Shown here: piece by piece, positions 38,541 to 50,462 of the stretch
Position numbering within the stretch: the first letter of the stretch is position 1
How the letters are laid out: the number at the start of each line of letters is the position of its first letter
Assembly (NCBI GenBank): GCA_038087875.1
Contig: JAXLNO010002697.1
Coordinates: 62,001 to 126,000, forward strand
Reading direction: 5' to 3'
Source of the DNA: Malacoraja senta
Taxonomy: Eukaryota
DNA length: 64,000 bases
Position numbers and translations under genes: made by a program
Notes under the pieces: generated by a model
The model's database searches: none
Seen by the model: the letters and a program-made list of their open reading frames with translations, nothing else
What the model was told of the DNA's origin: nothing

Positions 38541-39181
38541 CCGTGATGGTAACTCCGTGATGGTAACTCCGCACGCTCCCGTGGTGGAGCTCTCAATAGT
38601 CGGTCTCCACCAAAGGCCGCCAACTCCTGGATGTTAGGCTGCAGTGCGGACCGAGATACGATACAGAAAAAAATCGCATCTCCATCGAGGTAAGATATTA
38701 GAAAAGGTTTCCAACTCCCCCAACCACCCCCACCGTAAAACAAGCTAAAGAACACTAAAAACATACATTTAACACATGGGTCAGCATCCTTGTTCTGCAT
38801 AGGAGCCAGGACCCATGTCTGTGAGTGGATGGCGGGCCACATCTATCACCATAGTTAATAATTAATTAATTATAGTTTTAAAAAAATCGCGACAAAAATG
38901 TAACAAAAAGACAATTACCCCCGCGACAAATACGACTAAAGTGCAACACTGTGGTCGGAGCGGAATTGCTCACCGATCCCGCTGATGCTTTGTTTTCCTC
39001 CAGCCCGTCCGCTGCTGAGCTCCTGAGGAAACCGCTCCAGTACCGCCTTGTCGAAGTCGCTCTCATCCCGCTGCAGTCTCACACAAGCCGCAGCACTGAG
39101 GTGGGGGACGCTTTCACTTTGCGTGGTCGGGAGGATGGAAGAGGGGGTGGGAGGGTAGGGGCGGAAAGAGAGAGAGATTTA

Positions 39182-39498
39182 AGGGCCTGTCCCACTGTAA
39201 GAGGTAATTCAAAAGCTCTCCCGAGTTTTAAAAAAAATCATACTCGTGGTAAGTACGTAGAATGTACGTAGCGGGTACGTCAAAGCTCGGGACGTCTCTT
39301 AGCGGCTCGTAACGCTAACGGCAGGTACTCGGGAAACGCAGTAAGCTCGTGAAGACTCGTGAAGATTTGTAAACATGTTGAAAAATGTCCACGAGAGCCC
39401 CGAGTACCTACGAGCGGCTATTACTATAATTCTCCGAGTTCGAATCAGGGGAAACTCGGGAGAACACTTGAATTAGCTCGTACAGTGGGACAGGCCCT
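39182..39498 (-). mobile_element. MITE, PIF/Harbinger-like (copy 2)
   Basis: TIR AGGGCCTGTCCCACTGTA; flanks TTA / TGA. Confidence 0.72.
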
Positions 39499-39769
39499 TG
39501 AGTCGACGGGTATTGTGATATGGAATTGGCTCTGTGTGTGTGTGTGTGTGAGAACTACTCTCGGATAAGTGTTGTGTGTGTTTTGTGTTACGCCTGCGGG
39601 CCAGATGATTTCGAGTTACAGTCCGGATCTGGGCCGTAGGTTGCCAACCCCTGATTTAACACAAACTGTTAAAACACAAAGAATGAAGGGACAGACAGAC
39701 TGTTGGAGAGGCAGCTATTGCTGGCGCCACCAAGTGGTTGGGTTGGTTAGTTAGTTTGCAGGCGCCACC

Positions 39770-40690
39770 AACATTGATGGAGTTGCGAAGAGTGAAGAAG
39801 GCTGTAGTGTACAATGGGAAATGCATCAGATACAGAAATGGGCAGAAAAAATGCAAATGGAGGTCATTTTGAGCAAGTATGTCACACTTTGAGTGGTCGA
39901 ATGTAAAGGAAAAGTATACAGTTATTGGCAAGACCCTTAACAGCATTAATCTACAGAGAGATCTTGGGGTTGAATCTTGTGTTTCTAGAGACAGGAAGTC
40001 ATAATACAGTTTTATAGGGCTGGGTAGTCCACATTTGGAGTACTATGTGCAGTTTTTGTTGACCCATTACATTAAGGATGTAGAGGCATTGGAAACGGTG
40101 CAGAGGTTTACAAGAATGATGCCTCAACTAGGGTGTGTTGGCTACATCAAACATATGGACAGATATGGATTGCTTCCGCTAGAATGCCGGAGTTTGATGG
40201 GACACCTGATAGAAGTACATACAACCATGAGAGGTATAGATAGGATAGATAGTCAGAACAGGGGCAGTCACTGTGGCGTAGCGGTAGAGTTGATGCTTTA
40301 CAGCGCTTGCAGCGTGGGAGACCCAGGTTCGATCCCGACCACGGGTGCTGTATGTATGGAGTTTCTACGTTCTCTCCATGACAGCATGGGTTTTCTCCGA
40401 GATCTTCGGTTTCCTCCCACACTCCAAAGATGTACAGGTATGTAGATTAATTGGCTTGGTGTATGTGTAAATCGTCCCTAGTGTGTGTAGGGTAGTGCTA
40501 ATGCCCAGGGATCACTAGTCGGTGCGGACCCGGTGGGCCGAAGGGCCTGTATCTCTAAACTAAAATAAACTAAACTTAACATGGATGGAAACATTGAATA
40601 CAAGAGGGCATAGCTTTAAGATGAGAGTCTAAAGGAAATGTGCAGGGCATGTTTTTTCACAGACAGTGACGAGTGCCTGGATGACACTGT
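39770..40690 (+). mobile_element. Old CR1 fragment interrupted by a V-SINE (40261-40575)
   Basis: The CR1 sequence resumes after the SINE tail. Confidence 0.8.
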
Positions 40691-41744
40691 CTGAGGTGTG
40701 TTTGATGCTGCAGGTAAATATATTGTCTTGCCTTCAGAGGTGTTGGGTCAAAATCTTGCAAACCCCTCCAAAAAGTCTGTAGCAGTCAGGTTTCTGCTTC
40801 ATCTCAGTCCTTGCGAGGAATCTCACAACTGGGCAATAAATTCAGGGTCACCCAGATTGCAAACACTGATGGAAACAAGCCAATTACCATTTGGTGTAAC
40901 ATTAAACTCACAGTTACATATTAACAGAAAATAAATATATCAGTACCTCAATAAAGTTGATGTTTCATGCTGACTAGGGTGTGGGAATTAGATGACTTGG
41001 GAATGGAATTTAGTTTTGTCTGAATATTTAATGTACCAAGTAAATACACTTAAGATATCAGCAATCAAGTAATTATTATGTGTTTTCACAATCACCACAA
41101 TAGATCAGTACAGCACAGGAACAGGCCCTTTGGCCCACAATGTCTGTGTTGAACATGATGCCAAGACCAACTCCTATCTGCCTGCACATAATATACCTCC
41201 ATTCCCTGCACATCCTACAACAATAAGGGCAACATGGTGATGCACCACTGGAGTTGCTGCCTTAAGTGCCACACAGCCGGGTTTGATCTTGACTATGGGT
41301 ATGTAGGTTAATTGGGTTGGTATAAATGTAAACCTGTTCCAAGTGTGTGTAGGATAGTGTTAGTGTGCGGGAATTGGTGCGGACCCTGTTTCTGCCCTGT
41401 ATCTCTAAACTAAACTAAACTAAATGTGCTAACCAGTCAGTGGAAAGACAATACATTACAATCGAGCCATCCATAGTGTACAGATATATGATCAAGGGAA
41501 TAACATGAATAACGTTTGGTGCAAGATAAAGGCAGTAAAGTCCGATCAAAGATTGCCCGAGGATCTCCAATGCAGGAGACAGTAGTTCAGGACTGCACCC
41601 TGGTTGTAGGTAGGATGGTTTCAGTTGCCTGATAACAATTGGGAAGAGACTGTCCCTGAATGTGGAGGTGTGAATTTTCACAATTGGTTATATGAAGAGT
41701 AAAGTTGTTGTTATTCCGTTCTGATGGGCGTTTGACGGCACTAG

Positions 41745-42140
41745 GCCTCTACTCGCTGGAGTTTAGAAGGATGAGGGGGGGACCTCATTGAAACTTACCG
41801 AATAGTGAAAGGCCTGGATAGAGTGGATGTTGAGAGGATGTTTCCACTAGTGTCAGCATATCACCAGAGGGCATAGCCTCACAATCAAAGTACACTCCTT
41901 TAGGAAGGAGATGAGGAGGAATTTCTTTATTCAGAGGGTGGTAAATCTGTGGAATTCTGCCACGGAAGGCTGTGGAGGCTGTCAATGGATATTTTTTAAG
42001 GCAGAGATAGATAGATTCTTGAATAGTACGGGTGTCAGGGGTTATGGGGAGAAGGCAGGAAAATGAGGTTTGGAGGATAGGATAGATCAGCCATGATAGA
42101 TGGGACGAATGGCCTAATTCTGTTCCTATCACTGATGATC
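41745..42140 (+). mobile_element. CR1 3' fragment
   Basis: GLYSLEFRRMRGDLIE-type sequence and tail. Confidence 0.85.
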
Positions 42141-43494
42141 TTATGATTGAGTAAATAGCTGTCTGTAGTATTAACAATGACAAAACAAGTATATAGGTCA
42201 GTGTAGCATGCCAACGTCTTGGTAAAACTCATTCAAAAGTATTTTATTAAATGCTCATAATTCAGAAATGACACTGGTGGATATACAATGAAATTCTCGG
42301 TCTGTTGCACATAAAACACTTCCAGAGCTATTACACCACAGCTTTGATAATGAGTATTGTTACCTGTGATCTGTCGGGTCAACAAAACACAGCCCCCATA
42401 CGTTACCATGTTCCATAAATATTCACATGACATGGGACTGGGATGTTGTCTATGTGGAGTTTGCATGTGCTCCCTGTGACCATGTGGGATTTCTCCCGGT
42501 GCTCCGGTTTCCTCGCACATCTCAATGATGTACAGGTTTGTAGGTGAGTTGGCCTTTGTAAAATTGCCCTAGTGTATCGAAAGCGGATGTGAAAGAGGGA
42601 TAACAGAACTGGTGTGCAGGATGGTTGGTATCAACTCGATGAGCTGAAGGCTCTGCATCCATGCTCTATAACTCAACTAAACTAAGCAATCTTATCGAAG
42701 CTGTGGTGTAGAGCGTGGTTCGTATTGAAAACAAAGATCCTTGTTGACTGGCCCATTAAATACTTGAAGCACTGAGTGAAGCATTAAATGCAAAGGCAAT
42801 TACTTCTCCACTACACCATCAGGTATGTGAACAAGGAATGCAGCTTACAGTATGTGACAAAGACAAGTGGCAAAATAACTAGGAACGAACTGCAGATGCA
42901 GGTTTAACCCGAAGATAGGCTCAAAAAGCTGGAGTAACTCAGCGGGTCAAACAGCATTTCTGGAGTCTGAACAAGGGTCTCATCCCGAAATGTCACCTAT
43001 GTCTTGTATCCAGAGATGCTGTCTGATCCGGTGAGTTTCTCCAACTTTTTGTGTCTATCTCTCGCAAGATATGTATATGATGTTTGAGAGGCTTTTAGAT
43101 CGACAAACTGATCTGCAGGAAATAGAGGGATATGGATCAAGTTGCAGTTGGATGGGATCAGTTTAGCATCTCATCATGTTCACCACAGACATTGTGGGCC
43201 AAAGGGCCTCTTCCTGAGATGAACATTTTTATGTTTTATATAAAATAAGATTAGTAATCAGCTGTAAGCCCCCTTGAACAGACTGCATCATTCAATAACA
43301 TTATGTCCAATCTGATTTCGATCAGTTTACTGCATTATTCCTGCTACCTTTGATTCATTTCTGATCTAAAATTCTCTATATCTCAACCTGGAAAATATTC
43401 ATTCACCTTATCTTCACAGCTGGAATAGAATGTTCAGGCAAATCATACACCTCCTGGAAAATAAATCTTCTTCATAGCTATTTTAAAGAAGAAC

Positions 43495-43670
43495 CTGGCA
43501 AGGGAGGATTGCCGAGAACAAAGAGGGTCTCGGGGTTGGGGGGGCTGATAATACAGGTGAACCCAACATGGAGCGGCTGTCGAGAACAAAGATGGTCCCA
43601 GGGTTGGGGGCCGTTGATAACACAGGTGAACCCAACATGGAGGGACTGCCGAGAACAAAGAGGGACCATT
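43495..43670. repeat. Minisatellite, about 69-bp unit, about 2.5 copies
   Basis: cgagaacaaaga...gggttgggg...caggtgaacccaacatgga repeated. Confidence 0.85.
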
Positions 43671-43807
43671 GGGGACTGTAATGATTACTTTGTAACTGTG
43701 TCGACACCCTATACATGGTGACTCTTTGTATGTCATGCAAAACAAAGAATTTCACTGTGACATGACTCATATGGTAATAAAGTATCAATCAATAAAATGG
43801 GCGACCT

Positions 43808-43813
43808 TTTATT
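43808..43813 (-). promoter_or_regulatory. Candidate polyadenylation signal (AATAAA) for the class I-like gene
   Basis: AATAAA on the minus strand about 580 nt after the stop codon; positional inference only. Confidence 0.3.
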
Positions 43814-43929
43814 CCAAAATGTGGCGCAATGTATGACTTTGGAATCACAGGGTAACTGGTGAAGACAGCACTTGAAAAATTAATGGCTGAATGTAAAGCC
43901 ATCAGTCAGCATTGATACAATAAAGAGCA

Positions 43930-44418
43930 TAGAACATAGAACAGTACAGCACAATAACAGGCCCTTTGACCCACAATGTTTGTGCCGAACATGATGCCAA
44001 GACCAATTGTTATCTGCTTGCACATAATCCATATCCATCCATACCCTGCATATACATGTGCCTATCTAAAAGTCTCTTAAATGCCACTATCATATCTGCT
44101 TCCACCACCACCCCCGGCAGCACATTCCAGTCACTCGCCACCCTTGGCGTAAAACACTTGTCCTGCACATCTTTTTTAAACTTTGCCACTCATTGCAAAG
44201 CTATACCTGCTCTTATTTGATATTTCCTTCCTGGGTAAAAAGTCAGATGGTCTACCCTATCGCTACTCCTCCCAGTTTGATATATTACTGTCAGGTCTCC
44301 CCTCAATCCCCGACATTCCAGAGAAAACAATCCAACTGCCCAGTCTGTCCAACTTCTCCCTGTGGCTAATACCCCACTAATCCAGGCATCATTCCGGTAG
44401 ACCTCCTCTGTATCCCAA
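43930..44418 (-). mobile_element. Old CR1 3' remnant overlapping the stop codon of the class I-like gene
   Basis: gatacagaggaggtctaccggaatgatgcctgg...gggcctgtt...(ctatgtt)n. Confidence 0.8.
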
Positions 44419-44618
44419 CGGAAGCTGATTGTGCTTCATGGTCACTGCAGTCCGCTGCTGGTCTCTGCTGTTGTCAGCTGGTCCCTGTTCATTGAAAGGT
44501 TTCATCTTTTTCCTCTTCTTCCAGCAACCAATTCCAAGGATGATCCCCAGGAGAATAAGAGGAACAATTACAGCTCCAGTCACGATCCTAATCTTTATAT
44601 CTTCTTTCGCTGCCATCT
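44389..44618 (-). CDS. MHC class I-like exon 5, connecting peptide, transmembrane helix and cytoplasmic tail (IVTGAVIVPLILLGIILGIGC-WKKRKK...)
   Basis: Acceptor caacag| in phase 1; about 21 hydrophobic residues followed by a basic stop-transfer cluster; open to TGA at 44389-44391. The true 3' end is uncertain. Confidence 0.8.
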
Positions 44619-44869
44619 CTGTTGGCATATATAGTGCATTTTAAACATGTATTGATCAATAACGACTTTGTAATGATTTTATTATCTACATTAAACTAGC
44701 ACTGTTCATATCTAATTACAAAGTAACAAAGTCTTAGATTTATGTAATTGTCCAGACGATGGATGTTTAAATAGATCAATGAAAAATCTTTGAAGTTCAT
44801 ATTAGCGTTGAGATTTTATCTGCAGCATTTAATTATGAATTTAAAGAATCAAGCATATGTCAGAAATAA

Positions 44870-45680
44870 AGATTCAAGATTCAAGATATTTTATTTGTCA
44901 CATTCACATACACCCGGGTGTAGTGAAGTGAAATGCTTTTTGCCATTATGCAGCACAAAAAAGAGAAGAATACAGACATCACACCAAGATAGTCTTAACA
45001 CTGAACATCCCCCCACAATGGCTCCCACCATGAGGGAAGGCACAAAGTCCAGTCCCCCACCCCAGTTCACCCATAGTTGGGCCCATTGAGGCCTCCACAG
45101 TTGCCTCTACGGAGGCCCGATGTTCCAGGCCGTTCTCGGCGGGTGATGTTGCTCCGGCGACGGGAGAGTCCTCCCAGCGGCCTGGGAACCCTGGAACGGC
45201 CGCTTCCGCACTGGGGGCCGCGGCTTCCGAAGCCAACAAGGCCGCGCCGGTTGGAGCTCCACAACTGGCGCTCTCATATAGAGATCCCAGGCTCCCGGTG
45301 TAAAGTTCAGCGCCGCTGCCCGCAGCTGGTCGCTCCACAGTCCCGCAGCCCCGCGATGTTTTCTCCAGTGATCCTCAGCTCACCGGAGCTCCAGCGCGGC
45401 GACCCGGGCAAGGCATCGCCCGCTCCGCGATAGCGCTCCAGCGCTGTGCCGCCGCCGAAGCCGAGGCTCTGGGCGGTCCCCAACAGGAAACGCCGCTCCA
45501 GGCCTGCTGGTAGGCCGCGAGGACGGGTCGAAGCTGCAGCCCAGAGAAAAGCTGCCTCTCCGGCCAGGTAGGGACCCTGAAAGGTAGTTTCCCCCTTCCC
45601 CCCCCACACAAAAAAGTCTAGACCTCCAAAACAAAACACTTTACTGACTAAAATAAAAAAGAAAGGTGAAAGGACAGACA
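44870..45680 (-). mobile_element. GC-rich non-autonomous repeat with L2-like (gaatctt)n tail; related pieces at about 34170-34500, 37050-37460 and 38541-38870
   Basis: Shared head/tail motifs and gagctcc-rich body; family unassigned. Confidence 0.45.
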
Positions 45681-45847
45681 GGTCAGCGCCCCCGGTGGTC
45701 TATTTGCAGTGTAGAGGTCAACAAGGCTATTTTCTTATGTTGACCATTGTTATTTTAGCAAATAAAAGTGAACCCATTTATAGTTGATAAAACTTCAAAG
45801 GTTTTAAACTTTGCTGATATTTAAATATCTGAGAGTTTGATATTTTC

Positions 45848-45864
45848 ACACACACGCACGCACG

Positions 45865-45896
<32 letters not shown>
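45848..45896. repeat. (CA)n/(CACG)n/(CG)n alternating purine-pyrimidine tract
   Basis: Directly visible. Confidence 0.95.
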
Positions 45897-46079
45897 GGTG
45901 CTGCTACTTCAGACTGATAATGAGGTTGGATGTGGCACCACTATTGGCCTTTTGTGCAACTAACTACTATCAAAAAAATTAGCTAGATGCCCAAGAAATA
46001 AGATAAGAGACCTTGGCCAGGATCAGCCTATCTTGCTTCCTACATTTGGATGTGTGAGTTAAGGGTGACAAGAATAATT

Positions 46080-46880
46080 TTTACCATTGGAGCAGAAGTA
46101 GGCCTTTCAGTCCATTGAGTCTACTCCACCATTCAGTCATGGCAGATCTATTTTTACCTCTGAATCCCATTCTCCAGCCTTCTCCCTGTAACTTTTGGCA
46201 CTCATAATAATCAAGAACCTATCATTCTCTGCTTTAAAATATGCAATGACTTGACCCACACAGCTGTCTGTATCAATGAATTCCACAGATTCACCACCCT
46301 GTGACTAAAGAAATTCCTCCTCATCTCCATTTTGAAAGTACGTATTTTTATTGTGAGGCTGTGCTAGACTCTCCCATTACTGAAAACATCCTATCCACAT
46401 CCACCAACTGGGACTTTCATTAACTGGCAGGTTTCAGAGATTTCCCCCTCATCCTTCTAAATTCCCACGAGTAGAAGCCCAGAGACTTCAAACATTCCTC
46501 ATACGTTAAATCAATCATCCCCAGGACATACTTCCTCTGGACCCTCTCCAAAGCCAGCACATCCTTTCTAATATGGAGCCCAAAACTGCTCACAATATTC
46601 CAAATGTGTCTTCACCAGTGCCCGATAAATCCTCAGCATTATATCATTGTTTTTATATTCTAGTCCCCCCGAAATGAATGCTGGCATTGCATTTGCCTTA
46701 CTTACCACTGACTCAATCTGCAAATGAACTATTTGGGAATCCTGCACTAGTATTCCCACTTTGTAGCCCAGATTTCTGAATTCTCTCCCCATTTAGAAAA
46801 TAGTCTATGTCTTTATTCCGACTGCCAAAATGTAAAACCAGACACTTGCTACACTGTATTCCATTTGGCTCTGCTTTGCC
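46080..46880 (-). mobile_element. CR1 3' fragment in intron 4
   Basis: KTHLEYCEQFWAPY. Confidence 0.85.
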
Positions 46881-46885
46881 CACTC

Positions 46886-47540
46886 GGTGGAACTGCTGCC
46901 TTACAGCGCCAGAGACCCAGTTCAATTCTGACTACGGGTCCCGTCTGTACAGAGTTTTGTACCTTCTCCCCGGGACTTGCGTGGGTTTTGCCTGGATCTC
47001 CGGTTTCCTCCCTCAGTCCAAAGACAGACAGGTTTGTAGGTTAATTGGCTTGGTATAATTGTAAATTGTCCCCTAATAAGTAAGATAATGTAAGTGTGCA
47101 GGGATCGCTGGTTGACGCAGACTCGGTGGGCTGAAGGGCTGGTTTCTGGGCTGTATCTCTTAAACTAAAACCACATTCCATTGACTATCAATAATTCTGG
47201 GCAATTAGATAACCACAAATTAATAATGGGTGGCACAGTGGCGTAGCAGTAGAGCTGCTTCCTTACTGCACCAGAGACCTGGGTTCGATCCTGACTACAG
47301 GTGCTGTCTGCAAGGACATTGTATGTTCTCCCTGTGACTGCGTGGGTTTTCTCCGGGTGCTCCGGTTTCCTCCCACACTCCAAAGAAATATGGGCTTGAA
47401 GGTTACTTGGCTTAGGTAAAATTGTAATTTGTCCCCAGTGTGTTGGTTAGTGTAAATGTACGGGATGATCACTGTTCAGCGAGGACTCAGTGAGCTGAGG
47501 GGTCTGTATCTGCACCATATCTCTAAAGTTTAAAGTCTAA
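46886..47540 (+). mobile_element. Two V-SINEs (46886-47170 and 47227-47540)
   Basis: A/B boxes, central domain and tails. Confidence 0.85.
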
Positions 47541-47635
47541 ATGCACAGCTTAGTTAAGAGTGTGAGTTGAGGCTGTTATCTCAGTCCAGGAGGTTTATTG
47601 TCTCAAGTGTTCAGCCGCATTGACTTGCCACTTAC

Positions 47636-47911
47636 CCTGTGGAACATTGACTCCCTGCAGCAGAGTTGCATGTTCGATGTAACAGGAGAATTTTGCCACA
47701 TCTTCTCTACTCAGTTGAATTGTATTCTTCAGCTGGTAAGTCCCATCCCAATTGGGCAACAGATCATCACTGGATTCAGACTTGTGGACCCCCTCACCAT
47801 CTCTCAGCCACGTTACATCGATGGCCCGTGGCTAGAAGCCTGTGACAAGGCAGGAGAGTCTCAGTGATTGCGACCCATCACTTTTAATCCCAATAAACAC
47901 CTCAGAGGTTT
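47636..47911 (-). CDS. MHC class I-like exon 4, alpha3 Ig-C1 domain with in-frame stop (LSCLVTGF*PRAIDVTW...PNWDGTYQ...FSCYIEHATL)
   Basis: Found by manual translation; it is absent from the ORF track because of the stop. Acceptor ttgcag|, donor |gtaagt, 92 codons; C-x3-GF(Y)P, W, DGTYQ and C-x3-H motifs. Confidence 0.92.
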
Positions 47912-48726
47912 CTGCAAGTGTAAGAAGCGTCAGAATCAGTGAAGACATGAACAAAAGCCTTCAATTGTAAGATCACTGCAACTCACCACTTTCCCAATCA
48001 GAGTTTTTTCTCTGGCTGAACTAAGTTTCCAGCCTAGACCCAAAATGCTGGAATAACTCAGCAGGTCAGGCAGCATCTCTGGAGAGAAGGAATGCCCAGA
48101 GATGCTTCTGACCCACTGAGTTACGCCAACATCTTCTATCTTCAGTGTAAACCAGCATCTGCAGTTCTATCTTGCACAAGGTTTACAGCCTTTTCTCTTT
48201 TCATTTTGCATTTCTGGCAAAACAACAAAACATTTAGTTTTAATACAACTGACATGCTCCTTATCTTAGCTCCAGACTTGAACTGACAGCACAGATGAAA
48301 GGGGAATGCAGGGCCCAATGGAGGAGTATAACTCACCATTGGGATTGATACTGTAGACATGATTGCTTCTATTTGTTCATGAATCTCAGCTGAATAATAA
48401 CACTAAATATTCCAAGAGGGAATGGGAGGAAGAAGTTCTTCAACCAGAGAACTGTTGGAAATTGAATGTCACCATCCCAAGGAGTAATAGAGGCAAATAG
48501 AGAATCTGATTGGGTTTCTGATCAGCACAGCAACAGACCCTTCAGGCCACAAGGTCGGTGCTAAACATAAGACCAAGATACATATTCCTCCATTTCCTGA
48601 ATATCTATATGACTGTGGATAAAGGACACTGGTACAATATTTATCTTTCACTTGCACTTCCTACCCACTGGCTCCATCTAAGAGGCATGTTGCCAGACAA
48701 TTTACTGATACCCTCGCCCAAGAACA

Positions 48727-49018
48727 GGGTGGCGAAGCGATCGAGCTACTGCCTTACAGCGCCAGAGACCTGGGTTTGTTACTAACTACGGGTGCTTGTT
48801 TTTACACAGTTTGTACGTTCTCCCTGTGACCTGCGTGGGTTTTATCCGAGATCTTCGGTTTCCCCTCACGCTCGAAAGACGTACAAATTTGTAGGTTAAT
48901 TGGATTGGTATAAATGCAAATTGTCCCTAGTGTGTGTAGGATAGTGTTAGTGTGCGGGCATGGCTGCTCGGTGCGGTGTCGGTGGGCTTCCGAGCTGTAT
49001 CTCTAAACTAAACTAAAT
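48727..49018 (+). mobile_element. V-SINE
   Basis: tRNA-like head and (CTAAA)n tail. Confidence 0.85.
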
Positions 49019-49116
49019 AATTACTCAAGTGACAGCCTGACGTGCATGATATTTCCCACCTGATCTATCCAGAGGATATCCTCTGGCCCATCAGTCAGAG
49101 TGCCTACGTCGTGTAC

Positions 49117-49398
49117 CTCTCCTCTGTAGTGCTTCTTGTCCACACTCCAGATATATCCGCAGCCACTTCACACAGTCCTTCTCCAGGAGATCTTTAAAAT
49201 ACTTGTTCATGAAGGTGTTGACATTCCACCGATCTGCTAGCATCTGGAAATCTGGACGTAGTGCAATCCAGAACATTCTGTCCTTGTCAAAAGCACAGGC
49301 ATCCTCCCCATCATAACCCAGTCTGACAAACCCATCAGTGGAATTGTCACTGTCCACTTCACAGCCGCAGAAACCCTGCACAAAGAAAACAGCTTGGG
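49117..49398 (-). CDS. MHC class I-like exon 3, alpha2 domain (QAVFFVQGFCGCEV...GYDGED...DRW...DCVKWLRIYLECG)
   Basis: Acceptor cctcag|, donor |gtacac, 94 open codons; GC..GYDG.D..W..W..C..WL..YL signature of class I alpha2. Confidence 0.95.
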
Positions 49399-50462
49399 CT
49401 GAGGTAGGGGTGGAGGATTTGGGTTGGGGTGAGTGGATGGAAGGGAGAGGCAATTTACAAATCAGTTCTCAGCATGGTACAAACAGGCATAACAGAACAC
49501 AACATAGAGCTGTACAGCACAGGAGCAGGTTTAGTTCAGAGATACAGCGCCGAAACAGGTCCTTCGGCCCACCGAGTCCGCACTGACCAGTGGTCCCCGC
49601 ATATTAACTATCCTACACAGACTACTTTTCTTTCCAGCTTTCTCCACCCTACTCCATCACTCTAAATGGTCCTGGTCTCATATGTTTTCTGTCCATTTGT
49701 CCACAGCATGCTGCCTGACTCGTTGAGTTCCTCCTGTTTGTTTTTAATTCAGATTGGCAGCATCTGCAGTTTGCTGTGACTCCATCTTAGCACAATGGAT
49801 GATCAATGTGGATTCAGTGAGCAGAAGGGCCGGTTTCCATGATGTGTGACTCAATGACCCATGGTCTATATACTGAGGGCATGGACTAACCTCAAGTGTT
49901 GAGGGGGGAAGCTTTACTGTTGCGGATGTAACACTAAAGGAGTTCTGCTGTGTCAGAAGGGTAGAACTCAGATTCTGCACTTTCGTACATAAAGAACAGA
50001 GGAAGGAGTGCATTGTCAGATGGGCAATGTTATACAGTGAACAGGTCAGTCTCAAGGTTAAGGCAATGCAGATGGGTAGTACATCAAGGCTGTTGCACAG
50101 TGTGGGATTGCTACACTCTCTGTGGATTGCTGCCAATATTGAGGGAATGCTGGATTAACAGAATATTATTGTTGAGGGAATACATCATAGTCACCATCAA
50201 CCAGCTTAAATCAAGGTCCCATCTCTAGGTGATCAGGCTATAAATAAACTAATGGTTTCTCCCTCATTCCAGCCCAATAAAACAGATGATCCAATCCATC
50301 CACTTTTTACTGGTGTTAAATATCAAATGCTTAACCCATAAAGAGACTATCACCAGCCAACTGTTATCAATGGGTGTTCAGCAGTTAGGACACATTAAAT
50401 ATAGACGATGGGCCGTGTCTCTATCAAAATGTGATGGAGTAAATGTCTGAAACAGCATCAAT

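Noticed and set aside
1-43900. Additional MHC class I paralog exons downstream of the gene
   Set aside because: Manual scanning found no further alpha1, alpha2 or alpha3 motifs; the many short ORF-track entries are antisense or off-frame TE translations.
44389-44420. CD1-type YxxPhi endocytic motif in the tail
   Set aside because: YRGG does not fit the motif, and the sequence is CR1-derived.
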